DNA of 64,000 bases, from assembly GCF_000737315.1 (NCBI RefSeq), contig NZ_JMCB01000014.1:62001-126000 (forward strand), in the 5' to 3' direction. Numbering within the stretch: position 1 is the stretch's first letter; every line of letters begins with the position of its first letter. Positions 26,625 through 35,364 of the stretch are shown here, piece after piece. This DNA is from Hyalangium minutum. GTDB lineage: Bacteria; Myxococcota; Myxococcia; Myxococcales; Myxococcaceae. Under the pieces are notes generated by a model. The model was given only the letters and a program-made list of their open reading frames with translations. It ran no database searches and was not told the DNA's origin. The translations under genes were made by a program, and so were the position numbers.

Positions 26625-27869
26625 TCAGGCCTGCGGATGGCGGCCGCTGCCCCTCAACTCGCTGCGGACCACATCGGCCACGCGGTCATGGACCGCATCG
26701 GCCACGTGCTGGCGGATCTCCTCACTGACGCGCTCGCGGATGGTGTCCACGATGCGCTCGGTGTCCGGCTGGCTGAAGTTCTGCTGGCTTCCCATCCACT
26801 GCTCGCCCATCCCGGCGCGCATCGGCCCGCCCAGCGTGTCACGGAGCGCCTCAACCAGCCGCGTCCGAAGCACCTCGCTGATCTGCTCGCGCAGGGAGAT
26901 GGAGATTCGCTCGTGGAGGGCCTCCACCAAGCGCCCGTGGATGGCGCTGGCGATGCGCTCGGGCTCCATCTGGCCGAAGCCCTGCGGGAAGCCCTGCGTC
27001 CGCCGCTCGGCGATGGCGGTGCGCAGCGCCTCCCCCAGCCGATCCCGCAGCGCCTCACGCACGGGCTCTCGCAGGGCGGAGTGGATCCGCTCGCGGAGGC
27101 CCTCCGCGATGCGCTCGCGGAGGGTACCGGCGACCTGCTCCGGGTCGAACTGGGCGAAGCCCTGCATCCGCCGCTCGGCGATGGCGGCACGCAGCGCCTC
27201 CCCCAGCCGCTCCTTCAGCGCCTCGCGCACGCGCTCGCGCACGGCGTAGACGAGCCGCTCATGCAGGCCATCGGCGAGGCGCTCGCGAAGGGTGTCGGCG
27301 ACCTGCTCCGGGTCGAACTGGACGAAGCCCTGCATCCGCCGCTCGGCAATGGCAGTGCGCAGCGCCTCCCCCAGCCGCTCCTTCAGCGCCTCGCGCACGC
27401 GCTCGCGCACGACGATGCTGAGCCGCTCCCGGAGGGCAACCTCGAGACGGTTGCACACCTTGTCCACCATGAACCCGGTGTCGAAGTGGCCATAACCCTG
27501 CTGCATGCCCATCCAGTTCTCGGCCATGGCGGTGCGCAGCGCCTCCCCCAGCCGCTCCTTCAGCACCTCGCGCACGCGCTCGTGAACGCCGGTGCAGACG
27601 CGCTCGCGGACGGCATCGGCCACGCGGGGGTGCATGGCCTCCGCGATGCGCTCGGTGTCGAACGGCGCGGCGCTCCCCGGCTGCTGCATCCCCATCATGC
27701 GCTCGCTCAGCGCGCTGCGCACCGCCTCGCCGACGCGCTCGCGCATCTCCATGCCCAGACAGTCTTTGAGGGCCGACAGGATCCGCTCAGGAACCACCTC
27801 GGCGATCCGTTCCTTGAGGGACTCGCCGAACATCTGCTGCTCATTCATAGAGGACTGCTCCTGGGCCAT
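26625..27869 (-). CDS. Hypothetical alpha-helical repeat protein (414 aa, seven ~56-64 aa repeats)
   Basis: ATG 27869 after AAGGAG; repeated FDPEQVAxTLRERxAxGLxER...ERVREALKERLGEALRTAIAERRMQGF. Confidence 0.85.
   Translation of the reverse strand: MAQEQSSMNEQQMFGESLKERIAEVVPERILSALKDCLGMEMRERVGEAVRSALSERMMGMQQPGSAAPFDTERIAEAMHPRVADAVRERVCTGVHERVREVLKERLGEALRTAMAENWMGMQQGYGHFDTGFMVDKVCNRLEVALRERLSIVVRERVREALKERLGEALRTAIAERRMQGFVQFDPEQVADTLRERLADGLHERLVYAVRERVREALKERLGEALRAAIAERRMQGFAQFDPEQVAGTLRERIAEGLRERIHSALREPVREALRDRLGEALRTAIAERRTQGFPQGFGQMEPERIASAIHGRLVEALHERISISLREQISEVLRTRLVEALRDTLGGPMRAGMGEQWMGSQQNFSQPDTERIVDTIRERVSEEIRQHVADAVHDRVADVVRSELRGSGRHPQA
27129..27410. repeat. Near-identical 168-bp-period tandem repeat inside the helical repeat gene
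   Basis: GGCGACCTGCTCCGGGTCGAACTGG... starts at 27129 and 27297. Confidence 0.9.
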
Positions 27870-28029
27870 GGGGGACTCCTTGAGTAGGGGTAGAACCACC
27901 CGCGAGCAGGCTTGCTTGCAGGGGCGCGGATAAATAGGGAAAGGGCACGGTCCCGGGTACGGTCCGCGGGGATGAGACATCTGTCAGAGCGGAGACATGG
28001 CCACTCAGTCGCCCGCCGCCCCGAGCTGA

Positions 28030-28575
28030 TCAGAACTCCGAGCCTGCTGGATCCGTCGAAAGCAGGCTGTAGCTCCGAAGGCTGATGTAGTGACCGTCTT
28101 TGAGCTCGCAGTCACGCAGGGTGCCCTCGTAGCGGAACCCCACGCGCTCCAGGAGCCGATTGCTGGCAGTGTTTCCTTCTTCCACCAGCGCTTCGATGCG
28201 GTGAATGCCTTTTTCCCGCAGCATGTAGCGAAGCAGAGCAGGCATCGCTTCCGTGATGATGCCTTGTTTCCAGAACCGGGGGAGCAGCCAGTAGCCGACC
28301 TCGGCTTTCCGATGCTGAGCCTGATAATGATTGTACCCGATCGCGCCCAAGGCTTCCTGGCTCTGCCTGCTGACGATCTTCCACCACTGCCCGGTCCCCT
28401 CCCGCTCCAGGGTTTCATAAAACTTCATCTGGGCTTGGGTGGCTTCGAGTGAATCGTACCGGACCCCGTAAAAGGGGATCACCTGCGGGTGACTCAGGCC
28501 TTCGAAAATAAAAGGCCGGTCCTCTGGCTCTATCCGCTGCAGGGTGAATCGGTCAGTGGTCAGGAGTGGAGGCAT
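28030..28575 (-). CDS. GNAT acetyltransferase, RimJ/RimL family
   Basis: AEVGYWLLPRFWKQGIITEAM, HRIEALVEEGNTASNRLLERVGFRYEG. Confidence 0.9.
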   Translation of the reverse strand: MPPLLTTDRFTLQRIEPEDRPFIFEGLSHPQVIPFYGVRYDSLEATQAQMKFYETLEREGTGQWWKIVSRQSQEALGAIGYNHYQAQHRKAEVGYWLLPRFWKQGIITEAMPALLRYMLREKGIHRIEALVEEGNTASNRLLERVGFRYEGTLRDCELKDGHYISLRSYSLLSTDPAGSEF

Positions 28576-28683
28576 CCACTGGCACTGAACCACACGAGGT
28601 GCGGGAGTCCAAGGCGACGATGCCGGGCCTGGGCCTACCGGGGCGAGCGCAGTTTTCGTAGAGGCTCGCCAGTTCCCCAAGTG

Positions 28684-28692
28684 TGGTATAAG
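28684..28692 (+). promoter_or_regulatory. Possible extended -10 promoter (TGnTATAAG), implying a nearly leaderless mRNA
   Basis: TGGTATAAG ends 9 nt before ATG 28702; no clear Shine-Dalgarno. Confidence 0.3.
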
Positions 28693-28701
28693 TGTGAGCA
28701 G

Positions 28702-29658
28702 ATGCGCCCCGTTTTTGTACTGCCCGTGCTCATCCTAAGCCTGCTGTGCCTCACGCTGGTCCTTGGCTGGCCCAAGTGTTCGCACGCTCCCGGGCAAGCG
28801 GACGCCTCGACTCAGGAAGCGGTGCCCCCCCGAGACGCGGGTGCCTCCCTTGGCACACTGGCGGGAGATATATCGGATCCTATTAAGCTCCCACAGAACT
28901 TCCTGGAAGGGGCACTGGATGTTTCGAACCGCTACTCCTTCACCGTCTCGGTCGAGGCCAACCTCTCAGGGCCGGAAGAGGGAGTGCAGCTCTGCAGTGG
29001 GTTGCTCCTTGCTCCACGGCTCGTTCTCACTGTGGGACATTGTGTCTGTGGTTGGCACAAGGCCGAGGCAGACGGCGATCTGAACGAGGCGCTCATTGAT
29101 CGCTCCGACTGCGCATCGTCCGCGACCATCATCGCGATGATCTATCAAACGCGCAAGCCAGGGAGAGCCCCCACCGCCATCCATGACCAACACCGAGGAG
29201 AGGTCCGCCCTCACCCCGAGCTTCGAATCGTGCGCGACGCATCGGGCAAGCTCACGACCGTCCACGCGAACCTCGCCCTCATCCTCCTCGAAGAGCCGGT
29301 GCAGGATGTCGCGCCTCCCCCCAAACTGGCGGACTCCGAGGCTCGGCTGGATGAGCCGCTCATCACTGTTGGTTATGGCAACGACGAAAGCGGCGCGGCC
29401 CTCTATGGGGAGCGCCGATTCAACACGAGTCGAGTCGTCAGCCTCCCAGGGGATCGCGAGCGAATCTTCCTGAGCCCCCCCGGGCAACTGCTCTATCAGG
29501 ATGACAGCGGCGGGCCTTGCCTCAGGGAGAGCCCCCAAGGTGACGTGCTGGTGGGTGTCTCCAACAGGGGGCTGAACAACGAGTCCATCTGCCTGAGCAC
29601 TTACTTCCACAGGGAGTGGCTGACAAAACAGCTCCTTGAGGCAACTCAGCCGAAGTAG
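28702..29658 (+). CDS. Trypsin-like S1 protease homologue with degenerate catalytic triad
   Basis: Signal/anchor peptide; LTVGHC (His), ANLAL (Asp to Asn), DDSGGP (Ser retained). Confidence 0.8.
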   Translation: MRPVFVLPVLILSLLCLTLVLGWPKCSHAPGQADASTQEAVPPRDAGASLGTLAGDISDPIKLPQNFLEGALDVSNRYSFTVSVEANLSGPEEGVQLCSGLLLAPRLVLTVGHCVCGWHKAEADGDLNEALIDRSDCASSATIIAMIYQTRKPGRAPTAIHDQHRGEVRPHPELRIVRDASGKLTTVHANLALILLEEPVQDVAPPPKLADSEARLDEPLITVGYGNDESGAALYGERRFNTSRVVSLPGDRERIFLSPPGQLLYQDDSGGPCLRESPQGDVLVGVSNRGLNNESICLSTYFHREWLTKQLLEATQPK

Positions 29659-29679
29659 AGCCATTGCTGGAGAGATATC

Positions 29680-30699
29680 ATGCTTCATCACGGTAGCCCG
29701 CCGCCTGCTTTGGCACGGCCGTTCCTCGCATTGCTGTGGCTTTTCGGGTATGCCTGCACGCCCTCGACACAACTGGCTCCAGCGCAAGAGTTGTCGGGTG
29801 TGCCCATGGGTCTGGATATCGGCACCACGAGTACGGTCTATCCAGGCGCACTGGACTCGGAGAACCACTTCGTCTCCAACGTCATGCTCGTTGCGGCCTT
29901 CTCCAACAAAACTAAGCAAGGATGCAGCGGAGTGCTCATCTCCCCCAAATGGGTCCTGACCGCGGCGCATTGCATCTGCAAAGATCGGGAAGCCTCCAAC
30001 GCCGACAAAGTGATGGCAGATTCAAGGTTGAACGCAGCATATCCGTCCGCTGGAAAGAATGAAGCTACCAAGAAGGGGATCGCCTCATGGAAGAACCTCA
30101 TTCTCGGCAACATGCACGCCGTCGCGGACACCTCGAATTGCCTCAAGCAGGTCGATGTCACTGTGATCAACTATGTGGCGTCAACCCAGCGTTACATTCC
30201 GTCACCATACAAAGGAGTGGACATTCGCCCTCACCCCCGGTTCTTGAATGTCAAAGACAGTGAGAATCGCGGATTGTTCACGGACGCGGATCTCGCACTC
30301 ATCCAACTCAACGACGCCGTAACGGAGAGCTTTCGTCCCATCCGGTGGCCCGACGCAGAGGTTTACAAGAATCAGCAGGTGGTCATGGTGGGCTATGGCC
30401 TCGGAGAAACCGGATACCCCACGAGACAATTCGGGTATCGCCACTTTGGCGATAGCCAGATCGAGCAGGTTGAGCATTACGCCTCAGGAAGCACCCGGTT
30501 CACCACCGCAGCCCAAGATCAAGACGGACGTGAATTCTCAAGGAACTACGAAGGCGACAGTGGAGGTGGAGTCTTCAGCATGGCGGACGACTCGGTGCTC
30601 GTCGGCATCATCAGTACGAGGAGAGACAGCCATGGCGGGGTTTTCGAGAGCGTGTATCCCTATCTTCAGTGGTTGAAGGGGGAAACTCCCAGCAACTAA
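29680..30699 (+). CDS. Trypsin-like S1 serine protease lipoprotein
   Basis: Lipobox-like GYAC; intact TAAHC, DLAL, GDSGG. Confidence 0.85.
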   Translation: MLHHGSPPPALARPFLALLWLFGYACTPSTQLAPAQELSGVPMGLDIGTTSTVYPGALDSENHFVSNVMLVAAFSNKTKQGCSGVLISPKWVLTAAHCICKDREASNADKVMADSRLNAAYPSAGKNEATKKGIASWKNLILGNMHAVADTSNCLKQVDVTVINYVASTQRYIPSPYKGVDIRPHPRFLNVKDSENRGLFTDADLALIQLNDAVTESFRPIRWPDAEVYKNQQVVMVGYGLGETGYPTRQFGYRHFGDSQIEQVEHYASGSTRFTTAAQDQDGREFSRNYEGDSGGGVFSMADDSVLVGIISTRRDSHGGVFESVYPYLQWLKGETPSN

Positions 30700-30810
30700 C
30701 TAAGGAGGCTGGAGGAAATCGTTTCCGCCTCCGATTTGGTTCTTTTTTGGTCCCAAAAATTGGAAGCGGCGGCAATCGAGCCCGCCACCTGCGGTTGCCC
30801 CCTCCAGAAC

Positions 30811-32217
30811 TCAGCGCTTGCCGAGCGTCTGAGCCAGCTCCTCGTACAGGTGAATGGCCGCGCGGATGGCCTTCTCCCAATCGCCCACGTGCAGGCTCTC
30901 GTTCTCCGAGTGCGCGTACGTGTACGGATCCTCCACGCCGATCAACAGCGCGGGCACCCCACCCAGCTCCTTCGCGAACGGCTCCACGAACGGGATGGAC
31001 CCGCCACACCCGATCGTCACCGCCTCGCGGCCGTACCCCTTCTGCAGCGCGCGGAACGCCGCCTGGAACGCCGGATGCGACGAGTCCGTGTACCACCAGC
31101 CCGACGGCGCATCCTCCTTGATGTGCACCTCCAGCCCCCACGGCGTCACCTTCCGCAGGTGCTCCACCAGCCGGCGCTGCACGTCCGCCGCGTCCATGTC
31201 CGGCACCACCCGGATCCCCACCCGCGCCCAAGCCGACTCGCTCACGATGTTTCGCGCGTCCTTCCGGCTGCTCGCCTGGAACGCGTTGATGGCAATCGAC
31301 GGCTGCCGCCAGTTTTGCTCCCACGGGTGCCGCCCGCCGCCCAGCATCTCCACCCCCTGAAGCAGCCCCACCTGCTGACGGAAGTACGCGTCATCCCCCG
31401 GCAGCGACTGGATGCTCTTCTTCTCGTCCTCCGTCAGCGGCTTCACCTGGTCCAGCACGCCCGGGATGGCGATCGAGCCGTCCGGGTTCGTCAGCGTCGC
31501 CAGCATCCGGCACAGCCCCATCACCGGATCCGGAATCGGCCCGCCCCACATCCCCGAGTGCACCGCCTGTTTCAGCCCCCGCACCTCGACTTCAACGGTC
31601 ACCAGCCCCCGCAGCGCCGTGGTGATGGACGGCAACCCCACGTCGAAGTTGCTCGTGTCCGTCAGCACGATGGCGTCCGCCTGCATCAGCGCCTTGTGCC
31701 TCTGAAGAAACGGCGTGAGGTGATCGCTCCCCACCTCCTCCTCGCCCTCGATGATCACCTTCACGTTCAGTGGCAGCGAGCCCACACCCTTCAGCCACGC
31801 GTCCACCGCCGACGTGTGCACCACGATGCCCGCCTTGTCGTCCGCCGCCCCACGCCCGTACAGCCGCCCGTCCCTCAGCTCCGGCTCGAACGGGTTGCTC
31901 TTCCACGCGCTCACGTCCCCCGGCGGCTGCACGTCGTGGTGCGCGTACAGCAGCAGCGTGGGCTTGCCTGGCGCCTTGAGAACCTCCCCGTAGACATAGG
32001 GGTGCGCCCCCTCGATTTCGAGCAACTGCACATTTTCAAAACCACGGTCCTTCAGCAGCTGCGCGGTGGCTTCGGCACTCTTGCGCACCTGGGCTGCATC
32101 AAACCCCGTGAAGGAGACGCTGGGGATGCGGACCAGGGTCTTCAGGTCCTCCAAGTACGCGTTCTTCTGGGACTCGAAACGGGCGAGGGCTTGGTCGATG
32201 GGCATGGAACGTTCCAT
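30811..32217 (-). CDS. M20/M25/M40 family metallo-dipeptidase
   Basis: YAHHDVQP, GRGAADDKAG, EGEEEVGS, AHSENE; alternative start at 32205. Confidence 0.92.
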   Translation of the reverse strand: MERSMPIDQALARFESQKNAYLEDLKTLVRIPSVSFTGFDAAQVRKSAEATAQLLKDRGFENVQLLEIEGAHPYVYGEVLKAPGKPTLLLYAHHDVQPPGDVSAWKSNPFEPELRDGRLYGRGAADDKAGIVVHTSAVDAWLKGVGSLPLNVKVIIEGEEEVGSDHLTPFLQRHKALMQADAIVLTDTSNFDVGLPSITTALRGLVTVEVEVRGLKQAVHSGMWGGPIPDPVMGLCRMLATLTNPDGSIAIPGVLDQVKPLTEDEKKSIQSLPGDDAYFRQQVGLLQGVEMLGGGRHPWEQNWRQPSIAINAFQASSRKDARNIVSESAWARVGIRVVPDMDAADVQRRLVEHLRKVTPWGLEVHIKEDAPSGWWYTDSSHPAFQAAFRALQKGYGREAVTIGCGGSIPFVEPFAKELGGVPALLIGVEDPYTYAHSENESLHVGDWEKAIRAAIHLYEELAQTLGKR

Positions 32218-32287
32218 ATCGCAAAAGTCGCGCGGGCAGCCCTACCTCCTCGGGTGATCGCGAGGCCGCACCGGTTAAGATGGTGAC

Positions 32288-32662
32288 ATGTCCGACGCTC
32301 CGACCCTGCTCCTCGTGGATGATGACAACTTCGTGCGGCGCATTCTCAAAGACACCCTCGCGGAAACCGGTATCGAGCTGAGGCTGCTCGAGGCCTCGGA
32401 CGGCGAAGAGGGCCTGGCCATCGCCGCGCGCGAGAAGCCCGCCCTCATGTTCCTGGACCTCTTCATGCCCCGGCGCAGCGGCCTCGAGGTGCTCGCCGCC
32501 ATGAAGCAGACCTCTCCCAAGACGCGCGTGCTCGTCATCAGCAGCATGGACGCCGAGCCCGTGGTGGAGCAGGCCCTGGCCGCTGGCGCCGTGGGCTTCG
32601 TGGGCAAGCCCTTCCACCCGCTGGAGATCGCATCCGCCGTCCGTCAGGCCCTGGCTCAGTAG
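32288..32662 (+). CDS. Single-domain response regulator (receiver only)
   Basis: LLVDDD, FLDLFMP phospho-acceptor, VISS, FVGKPF. Confidence 0.92.
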   Translation: MSDAPTLLLVDDDNFVRRILKDTLAETGIELRLLEASDGEEGLAIAAREKPALMFLDLFMPRRSGLEVLAAMKQTSPKTRVLVISSMDAEPVVEQALAAGAVGFVGKPFHPLEIASAVRQALAQ

Positions 32663-32674
32663 GAGGGCCGTCTC

Positions 32675-33670
32675 ATGACCGTCAACTATTGGATTGGCGA
32701 TTCCGTTGGTCGTGTCCTCGGTCCCCTGACGCTCCAGGCCCTGCGAGACTTGGTGGGCTCGGGCCGCCTGAAGGCGGTGGTGAAGGCCTCGCGCGATGGC
32801 AGCACCTGGTTCCCCATCCAGGAGCTCGCCGAGGTGAGGGACCTGCTCTCCACGGTGAAGCTCCCCACCGAGAAGGAGCTCGCCGAGAAGATCCGCCTCC
32901 AGTTGCGCCAGCTTCAGACCCTGAAGACCCCACGTGAGGTCTTCGGGCTGGCGCCCGGTGCGAGCCTGGATGAAGTGCGCCTGGCCTTCTTCAAGCACGC
33001 CAAGCGCTACTCGCCCGAGCACCTGGCCGCCGACGCGGCCCCGGAGCTGCGCCGGGCCTCGCAGGAGATGTTCGACTTCCTCTCGCAGAAGATGCGCGAG
33101 GCCGAGTCCGTCCGCCCGGCGCCTCAGGGCACTCCGGCCCGAGGCACCACCCCCGTGCCGATCCGGCCCGCTCCCCAGTTAACTCCGGCCCGAGGCACCA
33201 CCCCCGTACCGCTCCGGCCCGTCCCTCCCGGTTCGACGGCGCCCTTCAACCCGGCCTCTCCGATGGCCACGCCTGTGCGCAAGCAGGTGGCCGCGCCCAC
33301 CTACTCGAGCGAGGAGTTCGTCGGCCTCCAGCTGCGCAACCAGAACGACCAGGTCCACGCCGACATCCACGTCACCGACCGGAACCTCGGCATGTTCACC
33401 GAGCACCGGATGATCAACCTGTCCTCCGGCGGCCTCTTCATCAACACCCGGCGGCCGCTGAAGCTGGGCACCAAGGTGCGCCTGACGCTGCACTTCGCAC
33501 AGCCCCCGCGCGCCATCGAGCTGCGCAGCGCCGTCATCTGGGAGCACGCCCTGGATGACGGCAAGCAGCCCCAGGGCTATGGGCTGGGACTGGCGGGCCT
33601 CCGCCAGGAGGAGAAGACGTTCCTCCAGGAGTACGTCCGCGCCCACTACAAGCCGCCTGCCACCGGCTAG
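32675..33670 (+). CDS. GYF-like + degenerate J-like domain + PilZ (TIGR02266-like) protein
   Basis: N-terminal YWIGDSVGRVLGPLT; J-like EVFGLAPGASLDEVRLAFFKHAKRYSPEH; PilZ-type NLSSGGLFI...GYGLGL. Confidence 0.75.
   Translation: MTVNYWIGDSVGRVLGPLTLQALRDLVGSGRLKAVVKASRDGSTWFPIQELAEVRDLLSTVKLPTEKELAEKIRLQLRQLQTLKTPREVFGLAPGASLDEVRLAFFKHAKRYSPEHLAADAAPELRRASQEMFDFLSQKMREAESVRPAPQGTPARGTTPVPIRPAPQLTPARGTTPVPLRPVPPGSTAPFNPASPMATPVRKQVAAPTYSSEEFVGLQLRNQNDQVHADIHVTDRNLGMFTEHRMINLSSGGLFINTRRPLKLGTKVRLTLHFAQPPRAIELRSAVIWEHALDDGKQPQGYGLGLAGLRQEEKTFLQEYVRAHYKPPATG
33131..33220 (+). repeat. 51-bp-period tandem repeat encoding TPARGTTPVP(I/L)RP linker
   Basis: ACTCCGGCCCGAGGCACCACCCCCGT at 33131 and 33182. 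Confidence 0.9.
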
Positions 33671-33748
33671 GCGCTCGACCGGCAGAGTCCTCGCTGTGTC
33701 CTCCCCTCCTCTTGCGTGCCGCACGAGAGCATTCCAGGATGTGCTCTC

Positions 33749-35350
33749 GTGTCTGACACCTCCGAGTACCGGCCGCTCGAAGGACTTCCTGTGCCTGTCG
33801 CGGTCCTCCGCGCGGAGCGGTTGGTCTACGCCAACCCAGCGTTGAGGGCGCTGCTCGGCACCTCCTCGGAGGAGCTGTCCGGCCTCTCCATCCCGCAAGT
33901 GCTGGAGCGCTTCCTCCCGCAGGAGCGCACGTGGGTGCAGCCGCGCTACGAGTCCCGGACGCGCGGCGAGCACCCCACCGGCAGTGAGCTCTGGCTGCGC
34001 CTGAAGGACTCCAACGGGCGCGAGCGGCTGTGCCATGTCCAGACCCACCGCGGCTCTCAGCCCGATGAGCAGCTGGTCCTGGTGCAGGACATGGAGACGG
34101 AGGACACCGTCCGCCGGCTCACCGAGGCCCTGGCGGCCGCCGCGGTGAAGCTGATGCACTGCCGGAGCGAGCAGGACGTGTTGGAGCTGGCTGTGGACAC
34201 CATCCACCAGCAGGGCTTCTACATCTCGGTGCTGCGCCTGGAGGGGGACGTGTACCTGCATGGCCCCGTACGGCAGGATCCCGTGGCCCTCGCCTTCGGC
34301 GAGAAGCTCTACGGCCGGCCCATTCACGAGGTGCGATTCCCCCGCAGCAGCATTCCCCACCTGGATACCGTCCTCTCGCAGCGCAGGGCCGTCTTCCACC
34401 AGGACATCCACTCCGCGCTGGAGCACTTCCACACCCCGGAGCTGGCCGCGTACCTCAAGCGCACCTTTCCCAACGCCAACGCCCTGGATGCGCCCATCAT
34501 CGTCGGGGATGTGCCCTACGGCATCCTCGCGATCCAGGGCCAGCAGCTCAGCCCCGCGAGCGCGGGCACGCTGGAGCTCTTCGCCAACATGGTGGGCAGC
34601 GCGCTGGAGAACGTGCGCCACCACCGTGAGGCTTCGGCCCGTCTGGCGGAGCTGTCCCGGCTCCAGGGCGATCTGGTGGAGCAGGAGCGGCTCACGGTGC
34701 TCGGAGAGGCCGCCGGCGTGGTGGCCCACGAGGTGCGCAACCCCCTGGGCGCCATCCTCAACGTCGCGGCCGTGCTCAAGCGCGAGCCCCAGCTCAGCAC
34801 CATTGGCACCAGCGCGGTGGCCATGCTGGAAGAAGAGGTGACGCGGCTGGAGGACATCGTCCGCGATTTGCTGGACGTGGTCCGGCCCTTCGAGCCACGC
34901 CTCAAGCCGCTGCATCTGGGCGAGCTGGCCCGGCGCGTGGTGGACCTGCTGCATCCGGTCTGCGAGTCCACCGGGGCCCGCATCCAGCTCGAAGAGGCGG
35001 CGCAGCTGCCGCTGCTCCCAGGGGATGAGACGCTGCTGCAGCTCGCGCTGAGCAATCTGCTGCGCTACGCCCTGCGCTCCTCGCCTTCTGGAGGCACCGT
35101 GCGCCTGGCACTCTCGAACGCCCCAGGGGGCCTCTCCATCGTGATGGAGGACCAAGGCGCGGGGCTCTCGGGCGTGGACTCCCAGCGCGTCTTCGAGCCC
35201 TTCTTCACCAGCCGCGCCACGGGCGCCGGGCTTGGGCTGGCCGTGGTGCGGCGCGTGGTGCTCGCGCACGGAGGAAAGGTCGGCGTGAGCGGGCGGACCG
35301 AGGGCGGCGCTCGCTTCGAGGTCTTCCTGCCGGTGGGTGAGCGCGGCTGA
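33749..35350 (+). CDS. PAS-GAF sensor histidine kinase (atypical N-box)
   Basis: H-box AHEVRNPL, G1 EDQGAG, F-box FEPFFT, G2 GAGLGL; N-box reads NLLRYA; start GTG 33749 uncertain. Confidence 0.88.
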   Translation: MSDTSEYRPLEGLPVPVAVLRAERLVYANPALRALLGTSSEELSGLSIPQVLERFLPQERTWVQPRYESRTRGEHPTGSELWLRLKDSNGRERLCHVQTHRGSQPDEQLVLVQDMETEDTVRRLTEALAAAAVKLMHCRSEQDVLELAVDTIHQQGFYISVLRLEGDVYLHGPVRQDPVALAFGEKLYGRPIHEVRFPRSSIPHLDTVLSQRRAVFHQDIHSALEHFHTPELAAYLKRTFPNANALDAPIIVGDVPYGILAIQGQQLSPASAGTLELFANMVGSALENVRHHREASARLAELSRLQGDLVEQERLTVLGEAAGVVAHEVRNPLGAILNVAAVLKREPQLSTIGTSAVAMLEEEVTRLEDIVRDLLDVVRPFEPRLKPLHLGELARRVVDLLHPVCESTGARIQLEEAAQLPLLPGDETLLQLALSNLLRYALRSSPSGGTVRLALSNAPGGLSIVMEDQGAGLSGVDSQRVFEPFFTSRATGAGLGLAVVRRVVLAHGGKVGVSGRTEGGARFEVFLPVGERG

Positions 35351-35364
35351 ATGCTGCGGGCTGG

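Noticed and set aside
28030-30720. Lower-GC patch as a defined mobile element
   Set aside because: No transposase, integrase, terminal inverted repeats or target duplications could be identified.
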